Positions 33,724-43,088 of a stretch of 64,000 nucleotides of DNA are shown piece by piece. The stretch covers positions 211,545-275,544 of the forward strand of contig JAQUPL010000001.1 in assembly GCA_028716565.1 (NCBI GenBank). The letters run 5' to 3'. How positions within the stretch are numbered: position 1 is the stretch's first letter; every line of letters begins with the position of its first letter. The notes beneath the pieces were generated by a model. That model saw nothing but the letters and a program-made list of their open reading frames with translations. It ran no database searches and was not told where the DNA came from. Source of the stretch: Candidatus Omnitrophota bacterium. GTDB lineage: Bacteria; Omnitrophota; Gorgyraeia; Pluralincolimonadales; Pluralincolimonadaceae. A program made the position numbers and the translations under genes.

Positions 33724-35292
33724 TTATTTTCGGTCTTTGAGCAGTTTATATTCGATGGAATCTACCAGGGCGTTCCAGGACGCCTCGATGATGTTCTCGG
33801 ATACGCCGATAGTCCACCATGAGTCCTTCGCATCTTCCGATTGGATGAGGACGCGGACCTTCGCCGCGGTGCCGGCCTTTTCGTCAAGCACGCGCACCTT
33901 GAAGTCGGAAAGGCGCATCTCCGCCAAAGCAGGGTAGAATTCCAGGAGCGCCTTGCGCAGCGCGTTATCCAGGGCGTTAATAGGGCCGTCTCCCTCGGCC
34001 GCGGTATGCTCCTCGACTTTGTTGACTTTTACCTTTATAGTCGCTTCGGAAAGCAGCTTGTTGCCTTTATGCTCCGTAACGACCTTGAAGCCCTCGAGTT
34101 CGAAGAATCTCTTGTATTTCTTGAACGCCCGCTTCAATAAAAGTTCCAGCGAACCTTCCGCGGCCTCAAAATGATAACCCTCATGCTCAAGTTTCTGCAG
34201 AAGTTTCAGGATCTTCTTGGTCTTGGGCGCCTCTTTTGTAAGGTTGAGGTCCAACTCGAGCGCCTCGGCCTTCAGCAGGATAGAGGTCTTTCCGGAAAGT
34301 TCGGATACCAAAAGCCTCCTCTTGTTCCCGACCAACCGCGGGTCGATATGCTCGTATGTGACCGGGTTTTTCATTATAGCGTTGATGTGCACCCCTGCCT
34401 TATGGGTGAAAGCGCTGTTGCCCACGAACGGCTGGTTCTCCTGCTGTTTTACGTTGCTGATCTCTGCGATAAATCTCGATGTCTCGGTCAGTTCCTTAAG
34501 TTGCGCGTTAGTCACGCAGTTGATCCCTAATTTCAATTTAAGGTTACCGATCACCGCTGCGAGGTCGGCGTTTCCGCAGCGCTCGCCGTAACCGTTAAAT
34601 GTCCCCTGGACCTGCGCGCATCCCGCCTGGACGGCCGCGATAGAATTAGCGACGGCCATGGCGCAGTCGTTGTGGCAATGGATCCCTACCGGGCAGTCAA
34701 GTTTCGCCAACACTTCTTTTACGGTATCGACGAGATCCGATGTAATCGTCCCGCCGTTCGTGTCGCAAAGGATGATGCAGTCCGCTCCGGCGTCGCGCGC
34801 GGCGAACAGCGTTTTCGCGGCGAAATCCGGATCGCTCTTGTAGCCGTCAAAGAAATGCTCGGCGTCGTAAAACACCGTTTTCCCTTTTGACTTTAAGTAC
34901 GAAACGGTCTCTGAGATCATCTTTAAATTCTCTTCGAGCGGGACCTTGAAGACGTCCCTGACATGCATGTCCCATGACTTTCCGAAAATAGTGATATGTT
35001 TTGTGCCGGAATCCAGGAGCCCGCGGACGATGGCATCGCGGCTGATCGCCGTGTTGGCGCGGCGGGTCGATCCGAAAGCGACGATACCGGAATTCTTCAA
35101 TTTAAGTTTCTTCGCGGCCTTGAAGAACTGCATATCCTTCGGGTTGGACCCCGGCCATCCGCCCTCGATATAATGGATGCCCAGGCCGGCAAGCTTCTCC
35201 GTGATGCGCAGCTTATCATTCACCGAATAGGAGATCCCCTCGGTCTGCGCACCGTCGCGAAGCGTCGTGTCGTATAATTTCACATCTTTCAT
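33724..35292 (-). CDS. cimA: LeuA-family citramalate synthase-type protein (CimA-like; 2-isopropylmalate/citramalate synthase family)
   Basis: 522 aa; MKDVKLYDTTLRDGAQTEGISYS...IEGGWPGSNPKDMQFF is the short LeuA-related (citramalate synthase) clade N-terminus. HMGL-like TIM barrel plus a C-terminal regulatory domain. Confidence 0.7.
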   Translation of the reverse strand: MKDVKLYDTTLRDGAQTEGISYSVNDKLRITEKLAGLGIHYIEGGWPGSNPKDMQFFKAAKKLKLKNSGIVAFGSTRRANTAISRDAIVRGLLDSGTKHITIFGKSWDMHVRDVFKVPLEENLKMISETVSYLKSKGKTVFYDAEHFFDGYKSDPDFAAKTLFAARDAGADCIILCDTNGGTITSDLVDTVKEVLAKLDCPVGIHCHNDCAMAVANSIAAVQAGCAQVQGTFNGYGERCGNADLAAVIGNLKLKLGINCVTNAQLKELTETSRFIAEISNVKQQENQPFVGNSAFTHKAGVHINAIMKNPVTYEHIDPRLVGNKRRLLVSELSGKTSILLKAEALELDLNLTKEAPKTKKILKLLQKLEHEGYHFEAAEGSLELLLKRAFKKYKRFFELEGFKVVTEHKGNKLLSEATIKVKVNKVEEHTAAEGDGPINALDNALRKALLEFYPALAEMRLSDFKVRVLDEKAGTAAKVRVLIQSEDAKDSWWTIGVSENIIEASWNALVDSIEYKLLKDRK

Positions 35293-35303
35293 TTTATTCG
35301 CCT

Positions 35304-36530
35304 TTATTTTGCCTTCTTCAGGTCAAATTCGTCATGGAGGGTCTTAAGCGCCAATTCCCCGTGTTTCTTCCCGATGACGCAGGATATCTTTATCTCGGAT
35401 GTAGATATCATCTCGATGTTTATTTTCTTCGAAGCCAGCGCCTTGAACATCCGCGCCGCGATGCCGGCGTGGCTCCTCATTCCGATGCCGACTATCGATA
35501 TCTTCGCTATGTTCTCGTCCTTTACCACCTCTCCGGCGCCTATCTCCCTGGCGACCTTCTTGGCGACCTTCATGGTCTTGGCCAGGTCCTCGGTCAGGAC
35601 GGTAAATGAGACGTCGGTGGTGCCGGTTCGGCTCACGTTCTGGACTATCATGTCTATGACTATGTTATTTACCCCTAATTCCTTGAATATAGTGGCGGCG
35701 ATCCCCGGCTTGTCCGGGACATCACAGATGGTCAGCTTTGCCTCGTCTTTTTGCAGCGCGACACCGCTTACGTCTATTCTCTCCATCGATTTTGCCTCCT
35801 TGCAGATTATAGTCCCTTCGGCGTTCGAGAAACTCGAGCGGACATGTATGGGTATATCGTAACGCTTGCCGTATTCTACGGACCTCGCCTGCATCACCTT
35901 CGCGCCGAGCGAGGCGAGTTCCAGCATCTCGTCATAACTCACCTTCGAAAGTTTTTTGGCGTTCTTGACTATCCTCGGGTCTGCGGTGTAGACCCCGTCG
36001 ACGTCGGTATATATCTCGCATATCTTCGCGCCGAGCGCGCTCGCGAGCGCGACCGCGGTCAGGTCGCTTCCGCCGCGGCCGAGGGTGGTTATTTCCTTCT
36101 TTATGCTCATTCCCTGGAATCCGGCGACTACCACTATCTTGCCTTCCTTAAGCCGTTCCTTTATCCTGTCGGCGGATGATATATTTAAAATACGCGCTTT
36201 GGTATGGGAGGTATCGGTTATGATGCCGACCTGGGCGCCGGTAAAAGATATCGCCGGCTCGCCGAGCTTCTCAACTGCCATAGCCAGTAAAGCGCACGAT
36301 ATCTGTTCGCCGGTAGAGATAAGCATGTCCATCTCGCGTTCGGACGGGTCGTCGGTGACCTTGTATGCAAGTTCGATGAGCTCGTCTGTGGTGTCGCCCA
36401 GCGCCGACACGACGACCACGACGTCATAGCCCTCTTTTTTGTAACGCACAACGCGTTTGGCGACGTTTATGATCCTTTCGGGATTCGCGACAGAAGAGCC
36501 CCCGTATTTTTGGACTATTAGCGATCTCAC
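35304..36530 (-). CDS. lysC: aspartate kinase (with tandem ACT domains)
   Basis: 408 aa; MRSLIVQKYGGSSVANPERI, an amino-acid kinase fold, and two C-terminal ACT domains. Confidence 0.94.
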   Translation of the reverse strand: MRSLIVQKYGGSSVANPERIINVAKRVVRYKKEGYDVVVVVSALGDTTDELIELAYKVTDDPSEREMDMLISTGEQISCALLAMAVEKLGEPAISFTGAQVGIITDTSHTKARILNISSADRIKERLKEGKIVVVAGFQGMSIKKEITTLGRGGSDLTAVALASALGAKICEIYTDVDGVYTADPRIVKNAKKLSKVSYDEMLELASLGAKVMQARSVEYGKRYDIPIHVRSSFSNAEGTIICKEAKSMERIDVSGVALQKDEAKLTICDVPDKPGIAATIFKELGVNNIVIDMIVQNVSRTGTTDVSFTVLTEDLAKTMKVAKKVAREIGAGEVVKDENIAKISIVGIGMRSHAGIAARMFKALASKKINIEMISTSEIKISCVIGKKHGELALKTLHDEFDLKKAK

Positions 36531-36551
36531 TTTTATTCCGCCTTCCTCCTT

Positions 36552-37751
36552 TTAGCTTTTCATGAAGTATTCCATAAGCTCGTGGCCGTGCCCGAAGGCA
36601 AGGCCGGTCGCCTTGGCCGCCGCTTCGCTGTACTCCGCAGTGTTATTAGGCTCGATGCCCTTACCGAATACCGCGAAGGGCACCGGTTCGGCAGTATGGG
36701 TCCGGAGCGATACCGGGGTATTATGGTCCGGCAGGACCATGACCCTGAAATCCTTTTGTTTCTTGAATTTTTCGAGGAGAGCCCCGACGATGAACCTGTC
36801 GAAATTCTCGATCGCAACTATCTTGGCGCGCAGGTCGCCGTTATGTCCGGCCTCATCAGGCGCCTCGACATGCACGAAGACAAAATCCCTGTCTTTGAGC
36901 GAATCTATCGCGTATTTCGCCTTGCCCTGGTAATTTGTATCGTAATAGCCGGTCGCCCCCGGCACGTTTATGACGTTGAGCCCTATTGATTTGCCGATAC
37001 CTTTTATCAGGTCTACGGCGGAGATGACCGAGCCGTCGACGCCGTATTTCTGCCTGAACTTCGGCATGTTAGTCTCGACCCCCTGGCCCCAGAGCCATAT
37101 CATATCGGCCGGGTTCTCTTTCAGGTCTATCCTTACATGGTTTACTTCGTGGTCCGGCAGTATGGCCCTCGAGTCCTCCATGAGCTTTATCAAAAACTTC
37201 GCGCCGTCGCCCTTCGGGAGATGGCTTTTTATCTTCATCCCGGTTATATCGTGCGGCGGCTCGCACGCGGTGGCGCGTAGCGCCTCCTTCAAAGAGCCGT
37301 CCCTGACTATCATCAGGTGCCTGTAGCTTACGCCCGGATAGAACTTTATATTATCCGAACCGAGCTTCTTATCAAGGAATTTAATTAAGGTCGCCGCCTC
37401 TTCGGAGGTTATGTGTCCCGCCGAATAATCGGCCATCCGTTCCTGGTCTATAGTGACCAGGTTGCACCGGAACGCGATGTCATCCGGCCCGAGCTTTATC
37501 CCCATGTTCGCGGCCTCAAGCGGCCCCCGCCCCGAATAATACTTCGACGGGTCATAACCGATGATAGAGAGGTTCGCGACATCCGAAGCCGGCGCGAAAC
37601 CTTCCGGGATGGTATGGACCAGGCCCGACCTCCCGTTCTTGGCTATAAAATCCATGTTCGGGACCTTGGCGGCCTCGAGCGGTGTCTTGTTCCCTAATTC
37701 CTTGATCGGGTAATCCGCCATGCCGTCGCCGACCAGGACGATATATTTCAT
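36552..37751 (-). CDS. cofactor-independent phosphoglycerate mutase family protein (archaeal ApgM type); by context a candidate non-orthologous homoserine kinase
   Basis: 399 aa; MKYIVLVGDGMADYPI...GRSGLVHTIPEGFAPASDVANLSIIGYDP is the iPGM/ApgM metalloenzyme (alkaline-phosphatase superfamily) N-terminus. Sits between lysC and thrC where thrB would be expected. Confidence 0.75.
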   Translation of the reverse strand: MKYIVLVGDGMADYPIKELGNKTPLEAAKVPNMDFIAKNGRSGLVHTIPEGFAPASDVANLSIIGYDPSKYYSGRGPLEAANMGIKLGPDDIAFRCNLVTIDQERMADYSAGHITSEEAATLIKFLDKKLGSDNIKFYPGVSYRHLMIVRDGSLKEALRATACEPPHDITGMKIKSHLPKGDGAKFLIKLMEDSRAILPDHEVNHVRIDLKENPADMIWLWGQGVETNMPKFRQKYGVDGSVISAVDLIKGIGKSIGLNVINVPGATGYYDTNYQGKAKYAIDSLKDRDFVFVHVEAPDEAGHNGDLRAKIVAIENFDRFIVGALLEKFKKQKDFRVMVLPDHNTPVSLRTHTAEPVPFAVFGKGIEPNNTAEYSEAAAKATGLAFGHGHELMEYFMKS

Positions 37752-37754
37752 TTC

Positions 37755-38822
37755 TTATATGCCTATCGCCTTTAGGACCGATCTCATATCGGCCTTGACC
37801 GATTTTGGTTTGCTTAAAGTTGAAATAGCCCTGTCCGGGTCCTTGAGCCCGTGCCCGGTCAGGATGCAGACGATCTTTACCTTTTTAGCCGGGTTTTTCT
37901 TGAAGAAACCCTTGCGCATCATCTTAATAAGGCCGGCCACAGACGCTGCCGAAGCCGGTTCCGCGAATACGCCTTCTTTTAACGCGATGAATTTATAGGC
38001 ATCGAGTATCTCTTTGTCCGAGACCATGCCTATGGTCCCGCCGGATTCATCGCGCGCCGCCTCGGCTTTTTCCCAACTCGCTGGATTGCCTATCCTTATC
38101 GCGGTGGCGATAGTCTCGGGATGCTCTATTATATGCCCCCTCACGATAGGCGCGGCGCCCTCGGCCTGGAAGCCCATCATCTTCGGAAGCGCTTTTATCT
38201 TTCCATGTTGCTTGTATTCTTTGTAGCCCTTCCAGTACGCGGTGATGTTTCCCGCATTGCCGACCGGGATGAAATGGTGGTCCGGCGCGGACTCAAGCGC
38301 CTCGCAGATCTCGAACGCTCCGGTCTTCTGTCCTTCTATCCTGTACGGGTTTAAAGAATTGACGAGGGTTATCGGGTATTTGCCGGTTATATCTTTTACG
38401 AGTTCCAGCGCTTCATCGAAATTCCCTTTAACTGCCAACACTTCGGCCCCGTAGATTATCGCCTGGGCGAGTTTTCCCAACGCTATCTTACCCTCAGGGA
38501 TAAGGACAATGCATTTGATACCCGCGCGCGCCGCATAAGCGGCGGCAGAGGCCGAGGTATTCCCGGTCGAGGCGCACATTATCGCCTTCGAACCCTCCTC
38601 TACGGCTTTCGAGACGGCCATGGTCATACCGCGGTCCTTGAACGAACCGGTCGGGTTCGCCCCGTCGAATTTCAGGTAGACCTCATATCCTTTCCCGATC
38701 TTCTTGCTTAAATTACAGGAATATATAAGCGGTGTATTCCCTTCGTTCAGGGTTATGACCGGGGTCTTGGAAGAAACAGGAAGATATTTCCTGTATTTGT
38801 CTATTAATCCTCGCCACATCAT
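37755..38822 (-). CDS. thrC: threonine synthase
   Basis: 355 aa; [14 protein letters not shown]...[18 protein letters not shown] (PLP lysine in SFKDRG). Confidence 0.93.
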   Translation of the reverse strand: MMWRGLIDKYRKYLPVSSKTPVITLNEGNTPLIYSCNLSKKIGKGYEVYLKFDGANPTGSFKDRGMTMAVSKAVEEGSKAIMCASTGNTSASAAAYAARAGIKCIVLIPEGKIALGKLAQAIIYGAEVLAVKGNFDEALELVKDITGKYPITLVNSLNPYRIEGQKTGAFEICEALESAPDHHFIPVGNAGNITAYWKGYKEYKQHGKIKALPKMMGFQAEGAAPIVRGHIIEHPETIATAIRIGNPASWEKAEAARDESGGTIGMVSDKEILDAYKFIALKEGVFAEPASAASVAGLIKMMRKGFFKKNPAKKVKIVCILTGHGLKDPDRAISTLSKPKSVKADMRSVLKAIGI

Positions 38823-38823
38823 A

Positions 38824-40122
38824 TTATCTCTCTACCCTTATCGCGACGGTCTTGCGCCTTATCGCCGCCATCCTGTCTATCTCCTCAAGCGCCTGCCTCA
38901 TATTCTTCTCTTTCGCCTCGTGGGTCATCATAACGACCGGGACGATGCGCGCCGCGCGCCTTTCCTTCTGTCCGACGCTGGCTATCGATATCTTGTGGCG
39001 GCCGAGTATCCCGGCGACCTTGGCGAGCACACCGGGCTTGTCGATGCATGAGATGCGGATATAATAACTCGCCTCGATATCGCCTATCTTCCTTATCTTC
39101 TTTATCGATTTGTTCTTCATGTAGATCGGGACCCTGCCGACGGAATTAAACCTTAAATTCCTGGCGAGGTCGATGATATCGCCTACAACCGAGCTTGCCG
39201 CGGGGTTCTGTCCCGCCCCGCGCCCGTAGAAGAGGGCCCCGCCGACCATGTCGCCGTGGACATAGATGGCGTTATAGACGCCGTTAACATTGGCAAGCAG
39301 GTGCTCTTTCGATAAGAGGGTCGGGTGCACCCTTACCTCTATTTCGCTGTCGCATTTTTTTGCGATCGCGAGGAGTTTTATGGCGTAGCCGAATTCGTCG
39401 GCATACCTGATATCGTTCTGCGATATATCGAGTATCCCTTCAACGTAGATATCCTTGAGTTTTACCGCCTTCCCGAAACCGAGCAGGGTCAGGATAGCGA
39501 GCTTATGGGCGGAGTCATAACCCTCGATATCGAGCGCCGGATTGCGCTCGGCATATCCCTTCTTCTTCGCCTGTTCGAGGGCGTCGGAGAAGCTCAACCC
39601 CTCTTCGGCCATGGCCGAAAGGATGTAGTTCGAGGTACCGTTCACGATGCCGAGTATGGTGTCGATCTCGTTGGCGACGAGCCCTTCACGCAAAGACTTG
39701 ATTATCGGGATGCCGCCGCCTACCGAGGCTTCGTAGAAGATATCTACTCCTGCCTTCTTCGCCGCGTCGAATAGCTCTTCGCCGTGTTCGGTTATAAGCG
39801 CTTTATTGGCGGTGACGACGTGCTGTCCGCTCTTTATCGCCTTAAGCACGAATTCCTTGGCCGGATGGATACCTCCCACGAGCTCAACGACGATATCGAT
39901 GTTTGGATTCCCGAGGACCTTGTTGACGTCGCTGGTCATAAGCTTCCTGTTGATCTTGATGTTCCGCTTGCGCCGCAGATCGTTGTCGCAGATGACCTTA
40001 AGCACGACTCGCGCGCCGACCTGCCGTTCTATCTGGGCGGATTTCTGCAATAACGCCTTCGCGACGCCGACTCCTACGGTCCCGAACCCTATCAGGCCTA
40101 CGTTGATCTTCTCCATTCTCAT
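38824..40122 (-). CDS. hom: homoserine dehydrogenase
   Basis: 432 aa; NAD-binding [12 protein letters not shown], a catalytic domain, and a C-terminal ACT domain. Confidence 0.93.
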   Translation of the reverse strand: MRMEKINVGLIGFGTVGVGVAKALLQKSAQIERQVGARVVLKVICDNDLRRKRNIKINRKLMTSDVNKVLGNPNIDIVVELVGGIHPAKEFVLKAIKSGQHVVTANKALITEHGEELFDAAKKAGVDIFYEASVGGGIPIIKSLREGLVANEIDTILGIVNGTSNYILSAMAEEGLSFSDALEQAKKKGYAERNPALDIEGYDSAHKLAILTLLGFGKAVKLKDIYVEGILDISQNDIRYADEFGYAIKLLAIAKKCDSEIEVRVHPTLLSKEHLLANVNGVYNAIYVHGDMVGGALFYGRGAGQNPAASSVVGDIIDLARNLRFNSVGRVPIYMKNKSIKKIRKIGDIEASYYIRISCIDKPGVLAKVAGILGRHKISIASVGQKERRAARIVPVVMMTHEAKEKNMRQALEEIDRMAAIRRKTVAIRVER

Positions 40123-40154
40123 TACCTCTTGTTATTCAAATAATTATATCAAAA

Positions 40155-40231
40155 ATGGTCGGGGCGAGCGGACTTGAACCGCTGACCACTTGTACCCCAT
40201 ACAAGTGCTCTACCAAACTGAGCCACGCCCC
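40155..40231 (-). tRNA. tRNA-Pro (anticodon GGG)
   Basis: Minus-strand CGGGGCGTGGCTCAGTTTGGTAGAGCACTTGTATGGGGTACAAGTGGTCAGCGGTTCAAGTCCGCTCGCCCCGACCA folds as a cloverleaf: 7-bp acceptor, GCTC/GAGC D stem, CTTGT/ACAAG anticodon stem with loop AUGGGGU, AGCGG/CCGCT T stem, encoded CCA. Confidence 0.9.
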
Positions 40232-40254
40232 GGATTATTCGGATTTAGAAAATA

Positions 40255-40263
40255 AATTATAGC
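40255..40263 (-). promoter_or_regulatory. extended -10 promoter (TGcTATAAT) upstream of tRNA-Pro
   Basis: Minus-strand TGCTATAAT at 40263..40255, 24 nt upstream of the mature tRNA 5' end. No good -35. Confidence 0.35.
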
Positions 40264-40301
40264 AGATTTTTGGGGAGGTGTATAGAGGGAAATTACGCAG
40301 C

Positions 40302-41306
40302 TTAGTTATTGCTTTCCGACTTTTTCTTCCGCGTCATGAGGTCGCGGACTGCGGCCTTGGGGTCTTTGCCGTCATATATGATGGCGTAAATCTCTTCGGC
40401 TATCGGCATCTCGATGCTGTATTTCTTTTGCAGTTCGTGGCAGGATTCGGCGGTGCCGACGCCCTCGACGACCATCTCTGTCGATTTGAGGACCTGCTCC
40501 GGCTTATTGCCTTTACCTATTTCCTCGCCGAACCACCTGTTCCTGCCGTGTGTGCTGACGCAGGTAGTTACGAGGTCGCCCAAACCGCTGATCCCGTAGA
40601 AAGTCTCCTGCTTGGCGCCCATCGCCGTGCCGAGCCGGGCTATCTCGACGATACCTCTTACGAGCATGCCGGACTTCGTATTTACGCCGAAACCCATCCC
40701 GTCGGATATTCCGGCGGCGATAGCGATGACATTCTTTATCGAACCGCCCAGTTCTACGCCTATGATGTCGGTATTCGTATATACCCTGAAAGTTTCGGTC
40801 ATGAAGAGGTCCTGTATCTCCTGCGCGGTCTTTTCATCCTCGGAAGCGGCGACGACCGTCGTGGGAAGCCCGCGCGCGACCTCGTATGATATCGTAGGCC
40901 CGGAAAGGGCGCCGATCCTGACTTTCCCGAGGACGTCACGGACGACCTGTGACATCCTCATCATCGAATGGTTCTCTATTCCTTTTGAAACGCTGACGAT
41001 CAGCTTCCCGTTCAAATTTATGCCTTTCATCCGGTTGGCGACCTCTCTCACGTGCTGCGAAGGTACGGCGAGCACGAGGATATCTGCATCGCGGACCGCG
41101 CCCGCGAGGTCGGAGGTAAGCAATATTGGATCCGGTATTTTAATTCCGGGCAGGAATTTCACGTTCTCCCTCGCAGACTTCATCGTTTCGATGTAGTCCG
41201 GGAATGCGCCCCACAATGCGACCTTATTTCCCCTGGCGTTTAACATCATCGCCAGTGTCGTTCCCCACCCTCCGTCGCCTATTAGCGTTATTTTTTTAGT
41301 GTTCAT
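40302..41306 (-). CDS. gpsA: NAD(P)H-dependent glycerol-3-phosphate dehydrogenase
   Basis: 334 aa; ITLIGDGGWGTTLA Rossmann motif plus the GpsA C-terminal domain. Confidence 0.94.
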   Translation of the reverse strand: MNTKKITLIGDGGWGTTLAMMLNARGNKVALWGAFPDYIETMKSARENVKFLPGIKIPDPILLTSDLAGAVRDADILVLAVPSQHVREVANRMKGINLNGKLIVSVSKGIENHSMMRMSQVVRDVLGKVRIGALSGPTISYEVARGLPTTVVAASEDEKTAQEIQDLFMTETFRVYTNTDIIGVELGGSIKNVIAIAAGISDGMGFGVNTKSGMLVRGIVEIARLGTAMGAKQETFYGISGLGDLVTTCVSTHGRNRWFGEEIGKGNKPEQVLKSTEMVVEGVGTAESCHELQKKYSIEMPIAEEIYAIIYDGKDPKAAVRDLMTRKKKSESNN

Positions 41307-41922
41307 TTTTTTTCCTGAAAGTAAAGGCGTGTTCTTCGCCCCGCACCAGCCTCTTTATATTAGGATAATGCTTGTGGACGGTGATCCCGCACATGACCGC
41401 GGTTATAAGCACGAATACCGGCGGATACGGCATGACCGCCAGCATTATGGGTATCGAGACCGCGCTTATTATTGAGGCGAGGGAGACGTAGCGTTTCCAC
41501 GCGAAAATGATTATCCATATCGCTAAGGCTACGAGGAATACGTTCGGCGCCACCCCGATGAATACGCCGGATGAGGTCGCGATCCCCTTCCCTCCCTTGA
41601 AACCCAAAAAGACCGTCCAGATGTGCCCGATGATCGCCATGCAGCCGAGCATTAGCGCGTAAGTACCGGGCTCTATAGACGTCACGCCGAGACGGATAAA
41701 CATCTTCGCAACGAGCGCGACGCAGACCCAACCCTTCAGGATATCGATAACGAGCACCAAAAGGCCCGGGAGCTTTCCTACGACCCTGGCCGTATTCGTC
41801 GCACCGACGTTGCCGCTGCCGTGTTCGCGGATATCGATCCCCTTTAAATATTTCGCGACGAGAAAACTCGTCGGGATCGATCCTATGAGATAGCAGAGTA
41901 TAAAAGATGCCGCGATAAGCAT
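41296..41922 (-). CDS. plsY: glycerol-3-phosphate acyltransferase PlsY
   Basis: 208 aa; YLIGSIPTSFLVAKYLKGIDIREHGSGNVGATN. Overlaps gpsA by 11 bp. Confidence 0.93.
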   Translation of the reverse strand: MLIAASFILCYLIGSIPTSFLVAKYLKGIDIREHGSGNVGATNTARVVGKLPGLLVLVIDILKGWVCVALVAKMFIRLGVTSIEPGTYALMLGCMAIIGHIWTVFLGFKGGKGIATSSGVFIGVAPNVFLVALAIWIIIFAWKRYVSLASIISAVSIPIMLAVMPYPPVFVLITAVMCGITVHKHYPNIKRLVRGEEHAFTFRKKNEH

Positions 41923-41923
41923 G

Positions 41924-42475
41924 TTATTTTTTCCCGTGCGTCCCGTTCAAGAGCCTTGCCCCGCGCAATATGTAACCGATGCCCGACGCAAGGGTAAATA
42001 TCACCGCGAGGTACCATATATATTCTGAATGCTTGTATAGCAAAAGGACGCTGATTATCGCCATCATCTGGAAGAAAGTGGTCAGCTTCCCGAGCACGCT
42101 GGGCGCTATCTTGATTTCGCCATTGGTCAGGAAAATTACGATGACGCCTATGGCTATAATTATATCGCGGCTGACAACGATTATTGGCACCCAGAGCGGC
42201 AGCCTTATGCTCCCGCTCCAGACCGTGAGCGCGATAAATGACGTTATGAGCAGGAACTTGTCGGCTATCGGGTCCATTATCGTGCCTAAGGGCGTCTTTT
42301 GTTTGAGGACGCGCGCCAGGAAACCGTCTATGGCGTCGGTAAGCACGGCTATCACGAATATCGTGAGCGCTATGAATCTCAGATGGTCCTGTTCCGGCTT
42401 ATAATAGAGGATGAGGCCTAAAAAAACCGGCGTCAAGAGGATCCTGAGTATCGTTATCTTGTTTGCGATGTTCAT
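41924..42475 (-). CDS. pgsA: CDP-diacylglycerol--glycerol-3-phosphate 3-phosphatidyltransferase
   Basis: 183 aa; CDP-alcohol phosphatidyltransferase motif DAIDGFLAR...GTIMDPIADK. Confidence 0.88.
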   Translation of the reverse strand: MNIANKITILRILLTPVFLGLILYYKPEQDHLRFIALTIFVIAVLTDAIDGFLARVLKQKTPLGTIMDPIADKFLLITSFIALTVWSGSIRLPLWVPIIVVSRDIIIAIGVIVIFLTNGEIKIAPSVLGKLTTFFQMMAIISVLLLYKHSEYIWYLAVIFTLASGIGYILRGARLLNGTHGKK

Positions 42476-42478
42476 ACC

Positions 42479-43078
42479 CTATTTGTCGGTTATGATCTGC
42501 ATCCTGTTGAACGGCATCAGGACGAAGACCGCCTTTCCTATAAGGCCGCTTTTCGGCACGAACCCCCAATACCTGCTGTCTTTACTGTTTGCGGAATTAT
42601 CGCCCAGGACAAGGTAGGAATCATTCGGCACGGTTATGGGCTTATCCCCCTGCCAGACATCACCCCTATTGTAATAATAGATGCGCCTGAACGCGGGAGG
42701 GTCTTCCACTACTTTGCCGTTCAGGACGATCTTGCCGTCCTTGATCTCGACTGTGTCTCCCGGGCCGGCGATGAACCTTTTTATGAACGAGACCTCGGGG
42801 TTCGGCGGCGGCGCCTTGAAGACTACTATGTCGCCGGTCTTCGGCTCCCTGAATCCCGGGAGGCGGAAGTTTACGAACGGCAGGCGCGGCCCGTAAATGA
42901 ATTTTACTACGACGATCCTGTCGCCGATAAGGAGGGTCGGTATCATCGAGCCGGACGGGATCTTATAGAACTCGAATATGAAGATCTTGATCACGAACGC
43001 CAGGAGAACGGCGACGACGATTATCTCGACCGTCTCCCTGAACCAGGATTTCTTTTTCTTGGCCTCTTTATCAGTCAT
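42479..43078 (-). CDS. lepB: signal peptidase I
   Basis: 199 aa; catalytic Ser in PSGSMIPTL, Lys box GDRIVVVKF, and GDNSANSKDSRYWGFVP. Confidence 0.93.
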   Translation of the reverse strand: MTDKEAKKKKSWFRETVEIIVVAVLLAFVIKIFIFEFYKIPSGSMIPTLLIGDRIVVVKFIYGPRLPFVNFRLPGFREPKTGDIVVFKAPPPNPEVSFIKRFIAGPGDTVEIKDGKIVLNGKVVEDPPAFRRIYYYNRGDVWQGDKPITVPNDSYLVLGDNSANSKDSRYWGFVPKSGLIGKAVFVLMPFNRMQIITDK

Positions 43079-43088
43079 TTTTCTCCCT

